From Takakia lepidozioides (taxonomy: Eukaryota; Plantae; Bryophyta): DNA of 64,000 nucleotides. This document shows, one piece after another, positions 1-11,901 of this stretch. The translations under genes were made by a program, and so were the position numbers. The stretch lies in NCBI GenBank assembly GCA_030704615.1, contig CM060733.1, positions 68,262,001-68,326,000 of the forward strand, given 5' to 3'. Numbering within the stretch: position 1 is the stretch's first letter; the number at the start of each line of letters is the position of its first letter. The notes under the pieces were generated by a model. It searched no databases. It was given only the letters and a program-made list of their open reading frames with translations, and had not been told where the DNA came from.

Positions 1-787
1 ATAAGGACATCAAAGGCATTGGAGACATCACCAACCATTCGTGAACCCTGAACCAACGATTTGAGTGGAGCATTAGTATAAACCTCCCATCAAAACCGAC
101 CTTTGGGTGAGTTCACTTACCAAGCTGTAGCCTAGGCGCCTTACTGATGAAGGCACGGGAGGAGGGAATTGGGCACTTTCTATAATGACTAGGGATGTGG
201 CATTTGTCACCAAATATAGATGATGCTGATGATGGTGGCCTGGTGGCCTGCTCTAAGGTAGGCCAGTTGATCATGAGGAGACTTAACTTGCAGACATAAA
301 CTCAGAAACATAAGTCACGAGTGCGTGTCAGCCTCGTGAATGACTGCCATCTCAAAATTTAAGAGGGTGCAAGTATTGGCAGCCACACCACACAGAGAAA
401 ACACTAAGAACTGAAGAGAAGAGCATACAAAACCATGAGACTACCAATTCACGAGTAAATGAGGTACGAAACAACCAAAAGCAAACTTCAAAATCTCCAT
501 CAGCATATAGCATAATCCATAACAGATGACACTTGCCATTCTGGAAGTCTGACATACATAAGAGAAACCTTTTAACACAACCTGTACACCTCCAGCAAAA
601 GAAATGGGAAATAAGATCTTCCATTTCAGCAACAGGGGACAGGGAGTATGAATTGATTCAAGATGCTAAGAGGGACGGGAAAGAGACTGTTGGAAGGAAG
701 CAAAATACAACCAGAGAGGCATCAAGGGAGAAGAACAAAACAATGATATTGGATGTAAGATTACGCTATAAAAGTGTTGATGCTCAC

Positions 788-2621
788 CTAGAGATTGTAG
801 TAGGATGGCAAAGACGCAAGGGACCCAACAGTTGGAGCACGAGACGCAGAGGAACTTCCCAACTGTGGATTTTGGTATGTTGCATATGCATAGTGACCTC
901 CTGCAGCTTGTAATGCTGCTGCCTGCTGGGATGCAACCGAATTCGTAGCTGGTGCGTACAAAGGAATCCCTCCCATTGTAGCATAACCTGTTGGCTGGCC
1001 AGTGAGCCCAGTTGGTTGTGTCCCATAAGGAGACACACCTAAATGAGTGCCATAGGTAGTCATACCTAAGGAGGTTTCCACTTGACCAACACCCTGTGTG
1101 AGAGGGGAATTGAAAGATCCATTGAGAGAGGGATTCAGGGAGTGCCCCAGAGAGGGGTTGAGAGAATGGTTCAGTGAATATGACTGGTTCAGGGAAGCAT
1201 TAAGACTGGTAAGGCCTTGGTTGTGGCTGGCAAGGCCAGAATGCAGGCCAGAGTTGAGACTTGGGGTGAGGGCTTGGTTCATTCCCTGGTTAAGAGGTAT
1301 ACCCGTGGTGATCAAGCCTGGGTTCATCGACCCATACTGGAGACCAGCCCCTGTTGGAACTGCAGACTGAGTGGCGACCTGTAGTCACAGTTGCACAATA
1401 GGGCCTTAGAATAGTCCTCAGCAACAACTGACTGAACAAACCTTCAAATTTGTACAGCATGCATGCAATACTACGACAGCAACAGTGGATATTTCATCTA
1501 CACAGCATGATGGACACCTGTGAAGTGAGGTGCATTTCAACCCCCAACATGAATTCTCTCTACGAGTACTCAAGAACAACCCAAAGGAAAGTCCTCCAAC
1601 CATTATTCGTTATTGGTCTTATTAACTAACTCTGAAGTTAGTGACAAGAGTACACAAATCATAGGAAATTGATACACATTTTGTTAATATGCAAGCCAAA
1701 TTCATGATCTGGCTCATTGAGGTGAAATAGACAAAAGATCAATTCAAGACATACGAAAAGTGGTTGATCGTTCGAAAACAAACCTTGAAAAACTCATTAA
1801 TTTTATGTTTGACTTTTCTCAGGAAAATAAATATATACCTGTGAGCCCAACCTGGACCCATCACTCTCTGTCCTCCCCTGTGTACCAGCCTGCTTCTGTT
1901 TTTGACCTTCCACTGCAAGTTTGCAATGCATCTGATGGCCGTCAACTGTTTTAATTGGCTCTTGCAATGCCCTTCTTGCGGACTCAACAGATTTGTAGAT
2001 GATGAGCGCAAATCCTCTGGATCTCCCAGTAAATTTGTCAAACCCAAGAGGACCCTCTTCTATTTCCCCATACTGCGCAAAAAGTGCTAGTAATTTGTCA
2101 GCTACAAGTTCCATAGGCACGTTCCCAACATATATTTTTCGTTGGGCCACATCCTGATTGGAGTTGGCTGCCTGCGATCCAGTAGAAGCCAACTGGCAGA
2201 CTGTCATCCGTCCATCAATACGTTTACTTGGCTCCTTAAGTGCTTGGAGGGCACCATCCATGTGTCGAAACGTTACAAAGCCGAAACCCCGGCTCTTACC
2301 TGTACTTTTGTCGAGGATGACAGCACCTTCTTCAACCTCCCCACACAGAGAAAAAAATGCCTTGAGAGTGTCAGAAGTCGTATCCCAGCCCAGCCCTCGC
2401 ACAAAGACTTTCCGGTTTGCTGGATCCTTGTCAACCACCTTGCGGACCTCATCAAGAACATCTACATGCCAGGTGGCTGCATCTTTCAGGATGTCTATCA
2501 CCTGCTCCATGTTCAACGGTTCTAGCATTTTCTTCACATCCTCCTTTGAAATTTTCAATGCAGAGGGTTCTGTGGCTGCTGACTTTGTGCCATTCTCGAG
2601 TAATTTTCTTTTCTTGTCCAT
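788..2621 (-). CDS. UBA2C: UBP1-associated protein 2C-like (UBA2 family) two-RRM RNA-binding protein, ~457 aa; coding exons 2621-1839 and 1378-788
   Basis: RRM1 (RKVFVRGLGW...KSRGFGFVTF) and RRM2 (RKIYVGNVP...EEGPLGFDKFTGRSRGFALIIY) are typical of UBA2. A GT donor at 1838 and CAG acceptor at 1381-1379 join in frame to a G/S/N/L/Y-rich C-terminus ending YYNL*. Confidence 0.88.
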
Positions 2622-2687
2622 GACGGGCAGAAGCACACCTTGGAGGAGTGGTGCTGTGAAAGCAAGACACAGAATATCGCGGTGTAC

Positions 2688-3984
2688 CTGTGGAAGAAAG
2701 CAAAACAATGATCTCAAGCCTGATTAAAAAAAGGAGAGCAGGTAATGTCGTTCAAAAGACAATGATAAGGAAATAATTGATATTAAAAAATACTCGTCCA
2801 AAAAGCAAACAGCTTTTCAAGCAAAACACAAATCAACTGGAAAGTAGGGAACAGAGGGTTGATGGCAGATCTCTACAAAATCTGATAACAAGATCACGAA
2901 AATAGCGATAAGAGTTTCTTATCACCCTCTTGATCATGTAAATGTGTGCCAGTGTAGCCAACACAACGTTAGGGAGACTCCCGACTGGGACCAAGAGGCC
3001 AGTCCGGGTCCTGTAGTACCAAGAAACGATAGGCGATGAAGAATAAGTGGCCATATGTAATAGTATCACGCCCCAAACGAAGGTAACTATACATGGGTAC
3101 GGACGCTTTCCACAGGTGCGTCCAGCTTTGCGGTACGGAGGAGTTCTGAGATCACCACCATATATGGCACTAGCCTTGGTTTAGGTGACAAACAAATAGA
3201 CCCATTATTTTGAAAAGAGTGCGAGAATCCGCCTCAAACATCAAACAAAAACATCGGTCCACAGGGATGCCAGAAAAGGATGTACCACCGGACACAACAG
3301 AAGAAAGGTACCAAGAAACTGCAAGGCAAAGATAAGTTGGACAATAGATAAGAGAGACGCATGCTGAAAACGATTGAGCACACTTGTCTTCCCAGACTTC
3401 GAAGACAGGCGATAATTGACTTATGAGCATAGATCAAGGTCCGTCGGTACCCTAAGCCGTATGGCTTAACCTTTGTAACAATTCGACGTACGTACCTTCA
3501 GCCCAGGAAATGGAAAACTCGCGCCCACCACAGCAGAACCGGTAAGGTAAAGATAACGCCGATACCACCCCAATCAAGCAAAATGGCAGCCAAAGAGCAG
3601 CTAGAGAAGCGAAAGACGGATGGAAAAGACCGGGCCAGGGAAGACCTATGGGACTTGGAATTTGTAACAGAATAACAACAGCCAGCGGCAAGGTCTTATA
3701 GTAGGTGATCTCAACTTGCGCCAGAGCACTTCCAAAAAGAAAACCCAGTGAAACCGACGTTGTACAGACAGAATACATACACAAGGACCTCGGTATCCAA
3801 AAGGAAAGACGAGAAGAGTGAAGAAAGCAGGGAGAACCTCTAAAGAAGTAAAATGTGCTGTCAGCCTTGAAGAAACAGCGAGCAGCAACAAAATGGAATA
3901 GGGCCGCTGAGAACACAAAATGTAACAAGCAGACGTTGCACGCTTGAGTCTCTTAAGACGACCACACGATTAGGTCACTCGAAC
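2688..3984 (-). other. probable 5'UTR intron of the UBA2c-like gene
   Basis: Pyrimidine-rich CCACAG acceptor at ~2688 just upstream of the ATG. Candidate donor AAG|GTTCGA at 3984 follows a CT-rich leader. Confidence 0.5.
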
Positions 3985-4514
3985 CTTGAAGCAGAGAGGG
4001 AGAAGGAGAGGCCGCGAGGGAATTGTTCATCCGGTGGGCGGTTTCCGATGAATGTTTAGCAAACAAAAGCATCCTCGTCGTCCAGTCTCGGGAGATCGTC
4101 GATAATAGTCGGACGAAACTGAGAAATGGGACGTTTGTTCCAGTGTTGTGCGGGTATATTGATTTCGTTAAAAGCAGGTGTGGCAGATTCTGCCACTTTT
4201 TCGGCCTAATTCTCAGGCCAAATCGGCCACCCAGGGCAGAATCGGCAGGGATGGCCGATTATGCACAGAGGACGGCAGACCTACCACCGAGGCCCATGTC
4301 GTCAGCCATCAACCCCTGAGGCTCGCCCGTTTATATCCTCTCAAGGGCTCTGATCTGGGCAATCGATATGGGATAATCGAACCGCAATCATATTGCGCCA
4401 CGTAGCGGCAAGAATCTGTCACACCTGCTTTTAACGCCAGTGAACGGGCCGTGTTTGGCTGACTCGCCCAAAGGCCGCTTACAGGGCAGAATCGGCCAAA
4501 CACGGCCCGTTCTC

Positions 4515-4696
4515 CAGTACAATATACCCTTAGGGTATAAGTAAGTTATTTTTGTCAAAACATTTACCTTCCGGGTATGGATAAATTGAAATCTCAAAAA
4601 ATTATTTACCCTCCGGGTATGGGGTAAATTAACTTTTCAGATTTCTATATAACCCCCGGTATGGATATATATGCCAAAATATACCCTGAGGGTATG
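4515..4696. repeat. palindromic ATACCC(N)nGGGTAT subterminal-type repeats, possible CACTA-like end
   Basis: About five copies of TACCC/T..GGGTAT, beginning after CAGTACAA (one mismatch from CACTACAA). Confidence 0.45.
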
Positions 4697-5022
4697 AATA
4701 GTTTATAGTTATTTCCATTAATATATAATTTAATGGTTTTAGGATATATGATTTTTTTTCTTTTTTTTCCTTTTTTTTTTCAGAAAGGAAACCTGGGAGC
4801 GACTGCTCATAAGATGTTCTTCAATATGTACAAAACCCAAAAAAACAAAAAAACAATCTATGGTAAAAGAGAAAATTGATAAGATATTGCATAATATTTT
4901 GGTGTTAATTTCCAATGCAAGATGGAGGAGGTAAAACAAAAATAAAATAAAATAAAATTCTAGCGACGACCGAAGGTCGGAAGCTAGTTTAGCATAGAGC
5001 AGGAATAGGGTGTCATAGTGCC

Positions 5023-5094
5023 ATGTCATCGTCGCCACGTCATCGTAGCCAGGTATCGTAGACACGTCATCGTAGCCAGGTCATCGTCGTCGTC
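5023..5094. repeat. short tandem repeat (GTCATCGTAGCCA-like units)
   Basis: Four to five degenerate ~13-14 bp units are directly visible. Confidence 0.6.
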
Positions 5095-5555
5095 AATTTC
5101 TTTGGAATCTGCCCGGACGGCCCGCGCGAAATAGGCCAATAGAAATCGTCGCGCCAACGTTTTTGGAACTGCCCGCAATGCCCGGATCTTGATCTTCTTG
5201 AACTGCAGGAGCTCTGTGTTTTCCGCCATCGTTCACCTTGCAAGCACAGGCATGGATAGCTGAAGGAGCAGGGATCGAGTGTGGGTCCAGATTCATCCAA
5301 AAGGGCCGGATTTCAAGCTCCAGATTAACTATGATTCGAAAAGAGAGGAAAAGAGGGAAAGAGAGGAGGGGGAGGGAAGGAAATGATGGACCAATGAACA
5401 CACCAGAGATGGTCTCTGCTGTAACAGAGCAAATGAAATATGTCGTGAATCAAAGCGACAAACCATCAATGCTGAGGATGTGCTCAAAGCTGTTGAGGAG
5501 CTGGACCTCACCGAGTTTTGTGAGCCTTTGAGAGCTGCACTTGCAGGTGTGTATG

Positions 5556-5557
<2 letters not shown>

Positions 5558-5599
<42 letters not shown>
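5558..5599. repeat. (TC)n microsatellite
   Basis: About 21 TC units. Confidence 0.95.
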
Positions 5600-5601
<2 letters not shown>

Positions 5602-5714
5602 GATGATTTGCAGTGATGACTTAAGTGGATTATTTGTAGGGAACACCTCAGAAGTTTGAAAAAGCCAAAAAAGTCAACAAAGGCACTAGTCTTTCTCACA
5701 CTCTGTGTGTCTTC

Positions 5715-5930
5715 CCTGGCCCTTGTTGGGGTCTAATTGTTGGGCAGCTCACACACAGCAGATTGATGCTCGTCTGAAGGGATTTATAGGAGAACCTGGA
5801 AAGCTGTTTATACCAAGGTAAGTCCCACTACTGGAGTGAGCCCCTAACAAAAGTAGCATCTGTTCCCTCTTGTTCTACCCAAACTGGGCGTAGGGTCTAT
5901 GACAACATCATCTCATGAGTACATTCTATG
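5715..5930 (+). mobile_element. LINE 3'-end fragment, same family as the GCR1 intron copies
   Basis: CACACACAGCAGATTGATGCT, CCAAGGTAAGTCC, CAAACTGGGCG and ATGAGTACATTC match the reverse complement of 20899-21100. Confidence 0.75.
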
Positions 5931-6116
5931 TCTTCCTTTTGTATGACTTATCTAGACTGTCTTTAAAGAACAAAGTTCTTGAGCAGTTATGGGTGCTTGC
6001 AGGCTTCAGGAAAGATAATGAGTCTAAGAAATCTGAAACGAAATGGAAAGGTGGGGTCAGAATGAGAAAGCCTGATGGTGACACTAAAGAGGGGGAAGCA
6101 AATTCAATCGCAGATG

Positions 6117-7012
6117 GTATTCTTCCTGATGTTTACAAGGTTCTGGGGAGATTCAACTTGGTCTTAGCATGCCGTGTTTCAATCTCTGCCTGCTCAGCTG
6201 CACCGTGGTGGTTCTCACAGACCAATCCGACATTACCTGACTACAGACAAAAGCAGCACACACAAGAGGTCATTTTGGGTTGACGGTCCGTCAAATCCTC
6301 CATGGGTCATGATACAAGGTCAAGGACAATGTGGTGAGGGCACCTTCTTCTTCGACCTATTTTAGCCTGTTTTTCCCTCTCATCAGACTCGCCCCCGAGA
6401 TGCGTCTGATAATTGCAAGATATGATCAGCATGGCTGTGGTAGGGCGGCTTGCCAGATGTATGAACACCCAACAACATTACATTCATTTCTATTCTCAAT
6501 GCTTGTGCCAGCCTAGAAGCCCTTGAAAAAGGTACATAGGTCCATGTTGACATTGTGGAAGCTGGAATTGCACTAGATATCATTCTGGAGACTATCCTTG
6601 TCGATATGTATGCGCCGTGTTTCAATCTCTGCCTGCCTAGCTGCACCATTTCACTTTTCCGACCCCAGTCGATGGTGGGACAATGGAGACAAAAAAGTGA
6701 ATGCCTATTGGATACAGAGATAAACAGATGCAATTCAGAATTGGGTTGGTTAGTGTCAGTTGCTAGCAGGTCTCTATGGGCTCGTTGGGTGTATCTGTGG
6801 TGGTTAGGAGTGACTTTGATAAGTTACTGCCGATGTGGCAGCAGGAAAATATCCAAAAACAGATAACATAGATGAGGAGAAGCTTGTTGACGTTTGTTTG
6901 CATTTGCAATGCGTGTGCAAGCCTGGCAGCCCTGGAAAGGTGCAATGAGGTCCATGGTGACATTGTCAAAGCTGATTTGTACTAGATGTCATCCTGAACA
7001 CAGCTTTGGGCC
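6117..7012 (+). pseudogene. mosaic of degraded PLS-class PPR fragments and other repeated gene fragments
   Basis: GIALDIILETILVDMYA and TFVCICNACASLAAL-like motifs. 6117-6400 is an inverted homolog of 50790-51065. Confidence 0.7.
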
Positions 7013-7029
7013 ATTCGGGAATTGCACTG

Positions 7030-8055
7030 TTGAGCAGTGCAAGGTAATCTTGGGCTGCATTTGTCTTGACTTCCTGTGTAGCTTGCCTCCCTTGTCACTT
7101 GCCAATCGTTGGCCTTGCCACCCTCGCCCTCACAACTTCCGCTTTATCTTTAGACGCTAGGTGGCTCTAGTTCTTGGTTGGAGAAAGAGACGAGATGAAG
7201 GTGATAAGGACGGATTCAGTGACGTTGTAAATTTTGTTTTGAGAGATGATGTCTGGCCCGATGCCAACAGTCAGGCGTCTGAAAGAATTGGCTCGTACAA
7301 ATAGGGTAGTTGCAGGCTACGGTGAACCAAAAACTGAGTAACATGGCAGTTTCTGTAGTGACCTCCATTCATGGTACCTTTTATAGTAAAATCACAACTC
7401 AATATTTCATACAAATTTATACGGTCTAAAGATTTGTAACTACAGTAAAGACATACTCCAATTTTTTTTATTGTAAAAAAGATCATATATGAAAGAGCTA
7501 TGGACTCTTAAAGTTGAATCTTATGGACTGCAGTGTTACACATGAAAAAACCATATGGACTAAAAAAACATCATATATACCTAAGTAATAATAAAAAGGA
7601 AAACACATTAGGGGTGCCATTTTTGAAAGTTACCCAAATGCACTTTTATATGGACTAAAAACATCAAGGAATGAGAGGTATGGACTAATTTATACTAAAC
7701 ACTGGGCCCAAACTGGGCCTATTTTCCCTAATGTACATCATTCTCATTTAGAGGCTTTTGGGATATCATCATTACTAAAAAGGTGTAAAAACCCATAATC
7801 TAGAGGTGCCAAGTGATATATGGAAAAAATTCAAAAATCTCTAATTATTAGTTTAAAAAATGGGTTTCTATTTTTTCAGAATTAAATACTAAAATTTCTA
7901 ATAAAACAATTCTAGCCTATTTGGGGTGGGATTTTTTACTAAAAGTGTTAAATATATCATATCTGGATAAATTTCCTCAATTTGAGGTACATATATAGAC
8001 TTTCATGGAGGAAAAATCTGCCTTTTTTGGTCCACCGTACCTTGCAACTGCCCAA
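7030..8055. mobile_element. possible ~1-kb non-autonomous TIR element
   Basis: TTGAGCAGTGCAAGGTA (7030-7046) vs the reverse complement of 8038-8055, TTGGGCAGTTGCAAGGTA. The interior is AT-rich with five TATGGACT copies. No TSD was seen. Confidence 0.4.
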
Positions 8056-8059
8056 GAGT

Positions 8060-8932
8060 TCTCTTCCTGCAAGTGTGACAGCACCTCCCAAGGATGTGGT
8101 GAGGAAAAAAATCTGGTAAGAATTCAGGAATGCCTAAGGGCTAGAGACAGAAAAGTGGGAAGGGAGAAGGTTACGATGTTGTGAGCAGGTTGGCCGAAGG
8201 GCTCCATGGTTTGGGCCGTGTCATTGTCACTGACAATTACCTCTGTCCAGCTTCTATATGATCTGGGCCACTGGCACAGTAAGATTGAACAGAAAGAGGT
8301 TCCTTCCCTTTTTTCTTTCCTTGAAAAAATCCAAGGCTGCCAAGCAAGGCCAGTCATGGTACATTATGCAGTGTTGTGGTGGGACAAGAAGACAATGTTT
8401 TTACTCTCATCTGTAGCTAGGCCAGCTTGCAGCCCTTCCTCTCATGTGACTGTCAGACGTTTTGTGGGACACCAGAGAGTGTCTGTGCCATCCGTGCCTG
8501 CACATGTGCAATACCAAACCTACATGCGAGGGTGGATGTGCAAGACCAGCTTCGAGGTGCGTACAGCTTGCAGCTGCGCACAAATTAGAAGTGGTGGCAT
8601 CCTCTGTTTTTTCTCTTATGGATACCATGCTGGTGAATGCGTATATCTTATATTCTGCCCATGTGAGAAGGATGGGGCGTCGGGCGATATTGACCCATCT
8701 AGAATTCAATTTGGCATTGGCATATGCTTTGACAGTCGGCTGCTGCACTGATAACATGGACACCACTCGGGATGTCTCATGCACGTTTGTGCATCAGTAC
8801 CTTCATACGACACGGCGACAATTGTGTGTTGTGTGCCATGTTCATACTCACCATTACTGCCCTGGATGTGATGGCAACCACTTGTGCCCTTGGCCGTGTT
8901 GGAATCAGGCACACCGCCATGGATCGAGGTGA
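8060..8932 (+). pseudogene. piggyBac-family transposase C-terminal half, frameshifted
   Basis: Motifs occur in canonical order: GRVIVTDNY, GTVRLNR, WWDKK, YQTYMRG-VDVQDQL, KWW..LFF..MD.MLVNAYILY, then Cys-rich CVVC..HYCPGC..HLC..PCW..H. Confidence 0.85.
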
Positions 8933-10580
8933 CTGAATTGTTCCTTTCTGTGGTGAATTCTTCCTTCTGTGTGTATTGGTTGTGTGTGACAGTATTCACC
9001 GAGGTGTGGGATTGCATTGCAGGTCTGCTAGCGTTGGCTCTGGATGGCGTGTGTGCTTGGGGCGTGGGGTGTGTTTGTCTCTGATCTATGGTGGGTATGG
9101 CTCCTTGAAGGGCTGGGGGTTTGTGTGTGTCAATGCTGGTTGACGGGCCGTGGATGTCATGGGGGTCTGCTGGTGTTGGCGTGTGTGTGTTGTGCTTGGG
9201 TGGTTTCACAGTTTTGGGAAGGGGGGGATCAGTGCAACACTCATGCTTGTGGGTTGTGGTTTTGGGGGTGATGCTTACTGGGGGGGACTGTCTGCACACT
9301 GGGCAGATCGGGGGGTTCAACACAACAAGGAAACTGAGCTGACGATTGGTAGTTGTTCATTTTTGGTTGTCTGTCGGGTGAAACGCCGAAACAGAGGGCG
9401 TCCCGGGGCCTTTCTTAGGGTGGAGCATTTTGGGTCCCCCGTCATTTCATCCTAAATCGGTGACGTAGCACCTTTTTTTATGCTAGAATTGTCTACCGGC
9501 TCAGGCAATGCTTAGCCTGAGTTGGGATTCAAGTAGGGATTCACATAAATTGAAATCTCTGCCTACATATTGGTTAGAATAATGAAATGTTTTTTGGAGG
9601 TAGTAGAAAATCATTCAAGGAACAATTCCACGAGAGCAATTGTGGTTCCAATGCAAATTTGGACACCATAAGGCTGAATTACAGGTCAATTCTTCTTTAT
9701 GGTATTTTTGACCCCCCTGTTTTTCCATACAAAGCAACCTTATCCAGATTTTGGAATGCTGCTCTAAAATTTTGGGGCAACATGCTTTAGGTGCCTCATA
9801 ATTGGAATGGTGGGGTGTAGCAAAGAAAAATCATTTTGGTGCCAAAAATTTGTGGTCAAACCATTTTCATTCTCAAATTGGAGTATACTACACATTTTGG
9901 GCTTGGAATTTTGTTATAATCTTCATAATGACACGGTCAAATGATCTAGTGCAATTTTTACAGTAGGTGGATGAAGTAGGTAGCCTACCTTTCATACGGT
10001 TCATCCCTGTGGATGTTTGTTTGCGGAGAGATATACCCTCATCCGTCAGGGTATGTTCTGTTTTGGAGTGGGCCCACCAAAAACAGCCTCGTCCATTAGG
10101 GGTTAAAAGCACTAAATGTCAAGTTATGATTCCTATATCTTACTGCTCAATGTAGAGTATTTTGGGTGGGTGTGAGTGGGGCCAAAATCCCGGTCCCAAT
10201 ATGGGTGTGGCTTGATTTGATGGCGCATGTGTGACTTGACAGATACGGCCCGGCTGGGCCTGCCGGGGAACGCCCCTCCTGCAGCCCCTTCCTTTGTGGG
10301 GTTGATCCCCCCGGCCTCGCCGCGATGCCGTGCCCGTTCCCCCGCCATTGATCCTCGTTCCCATCAACGCGGGATACCCCCTCATCCCGACCAACTTGAC
10401 AGGCACGTGGTGCTCCCCCCCTCCATCGATCCCCCCCCCTTCAAGGGTTAGATCCCCCCCCCCCCCCCTACCTCCGCTCCTCCTGCCGGCGATCCCTGTC
10501 ATTGTTTTAGTCATGGTTAACTAGAATTGCCTACTTCTAGTTAATTATGATATTTTGGATATTTATATTTATATTTTGTG

Positions 10581-11075
10581 TGTTAGGATTTCATTTGGTC
10601 TCATACGCTAAGTGAGGTGTCAAGCCTCACATGAGACATGGGGATGGGTTTTCCCCTTGTGAGGGTTCAGGAGGCTCATCTTCTTGTAGTTGAGCCTCCA
10701 TAAGCCTCTTTCACCTCCATAGCTCTAGGTATTGAGAGGGAGTGTGTTGAGGGCTTTGTAGGTGGATTCCCTTAGCAAAGGTGCCCTTGGCTTGACTTAT
10801 ATAAAGTAATAGAGTGGGTTCATATCTTTTCACATCTCTTATCAGTATAAGAAGATATGCTTACATCTACGAGTGCAAGGTGTTAGCATAGTTTAGCACT
10901 TATGTGTTGACGAGAGCTTGGTAGAGAGCTCTTCTGTTACAAGGTGTTGCAGATTTAAATGCAAAGAAAGTCCTTGTGGTGTGTATGCACTATTAGGATG
11001 TCTACAAGGAGAGCCCAGTGCAATGTTTGAGAGCTAGGAGAGCTCTTATAAGAAAAGGCTTGCAAGGGAGAGTGT
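10581..11075 (+). mobile_element. LTR-retrotransposon remnant (Copia-like PPT-LTR junctions)
   Basis: TTGAGAGGGAGTG-TGTTG at ~10732-10749 and AAGGGAGAG-TGTT at ~11064-11076. No ORF is present. Confidence 0.35.
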
Positions 11076-11099
11076 TTCTAAGTGCACTTAGGGTTTCAG

Positions 11100-11370
11100 A
11101 GACCGCGGCTGATTTGCGATGCCTGAGGGGTCGCAAATTGCGATGAAACCACCAAGGGCCAATCTGTGTCGCCTGAGGCGTCACCGATTCTGGCGCCTAC
11201 CTATGTGGCCGCGGCCCGACCCCTTTTGCGACTCCTAGCCGTCGCAAGCTAAGAGCCAATATATATATATATATAAATTTGAGGTGGCATGGTCTGCGAC
11301 AGAAAACCGTCGCACGTCGCCAAGCTAGTTATTTGGATTTGGGTCAGCGACGGTTTCCGTCACAAACCTA
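11100..11370. repeat. CACTA-type subterminal repeats (TGCGAC...GTCGCA inverted pairs)
   Basis: Several TGCGAC/GTCGCA pairs lie next to the CACTA transposase. Confidence 0.6.
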
Positions 11371-11901
11371 GCTCCAAAATGAGGTGGTGAGACTCAGATG
11401 GGGAGAGGGGGGGCCCTAGCTTGCAGACTTGGGACCTACACCTAGACCTAGAGGTAGACCTAGACCTAGAACTAGACTTTCTCTACACAAAAATATACAC
11501 ATTCCCTTGACTGGGCCTACTTTAATTAATTTCTACTCGTGGATCTCTTCCCATTCTCATCGTACATGCATTAGTTTAGTTTATGTCATGTTGTTGATGG
11601 TGATTTGCTCACATGAAATTGAATTTACATTATATTTTACTGGAAGTGCCACATTAATGTGCAAGAATACTGAAACCAATGTACATGGATATGAGAATCA
11701 GGGATTAATATGGATCAGGAGGATCGTCGGCCTCATCAAGCTGCAAGTCTTCCTGATAATCAGCATCATATTCTCTCATGCTCCTCTCTGCACAATCAAA
11801 GTCTGAATCAAGACCATGATCATTGTTCGAAGAATCTCCACATGACTCTCTCACATAACGACCCATCTGTATTTGGTTGGTGTCATCGCGAGCGCTGAAT
11901 A

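Larger units (their letters stand above)
5428..6283 (+). pseudogene. 5'-truncated histone-fold gene fragment, DPB4/POLE3/NF-YB11-like (exons 5428-5546 and 6003-)
   Basis: AG|exon reads ANEICRESKRQTINAEDVLKAVEELDLTEFCEPLRAALA, followed by a GT intron and the in-frame exon GFRKDNESKK. No N-terminal exon was found upstream, and the 3' end runs into repeated mosaic sequence. Confidence 0.75.

Noticed and set aside
2622-2717. N-terminal extension in the ORF track (MRSLFC...)
   Set aside because: It starts at a non-ATG codon and crosses a likely splice acceptor. The ATG at 2621 fits the family.
5428-6283. Intact DPB4/NF-YB gene
   Set aside because: No exon for the N-terminal histone-fold helices was found upstream, and the 3' exon is fused to repeated mosaic sequence.
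7024-7040. Helitron 3' hairpin GCACTG-TTGAG-CAGTGC
   Set aside because: Not followed by CTRR at the expected distance.
4515-7360. Complete Pack-CACTA from CAGTACAA (4515) to TGTAGTG (7360)
   Set aside because: The 3-bp flanks do not match (CTC vs ACC), and the right end lacks the left-end subterminal repeats.
8706-9455. ORFs in the GT-rich region (e.g. 205 aa, minus strand)
   Set aside because: Low-complexity T/H/P or V/C/G translations that arise from base composition.
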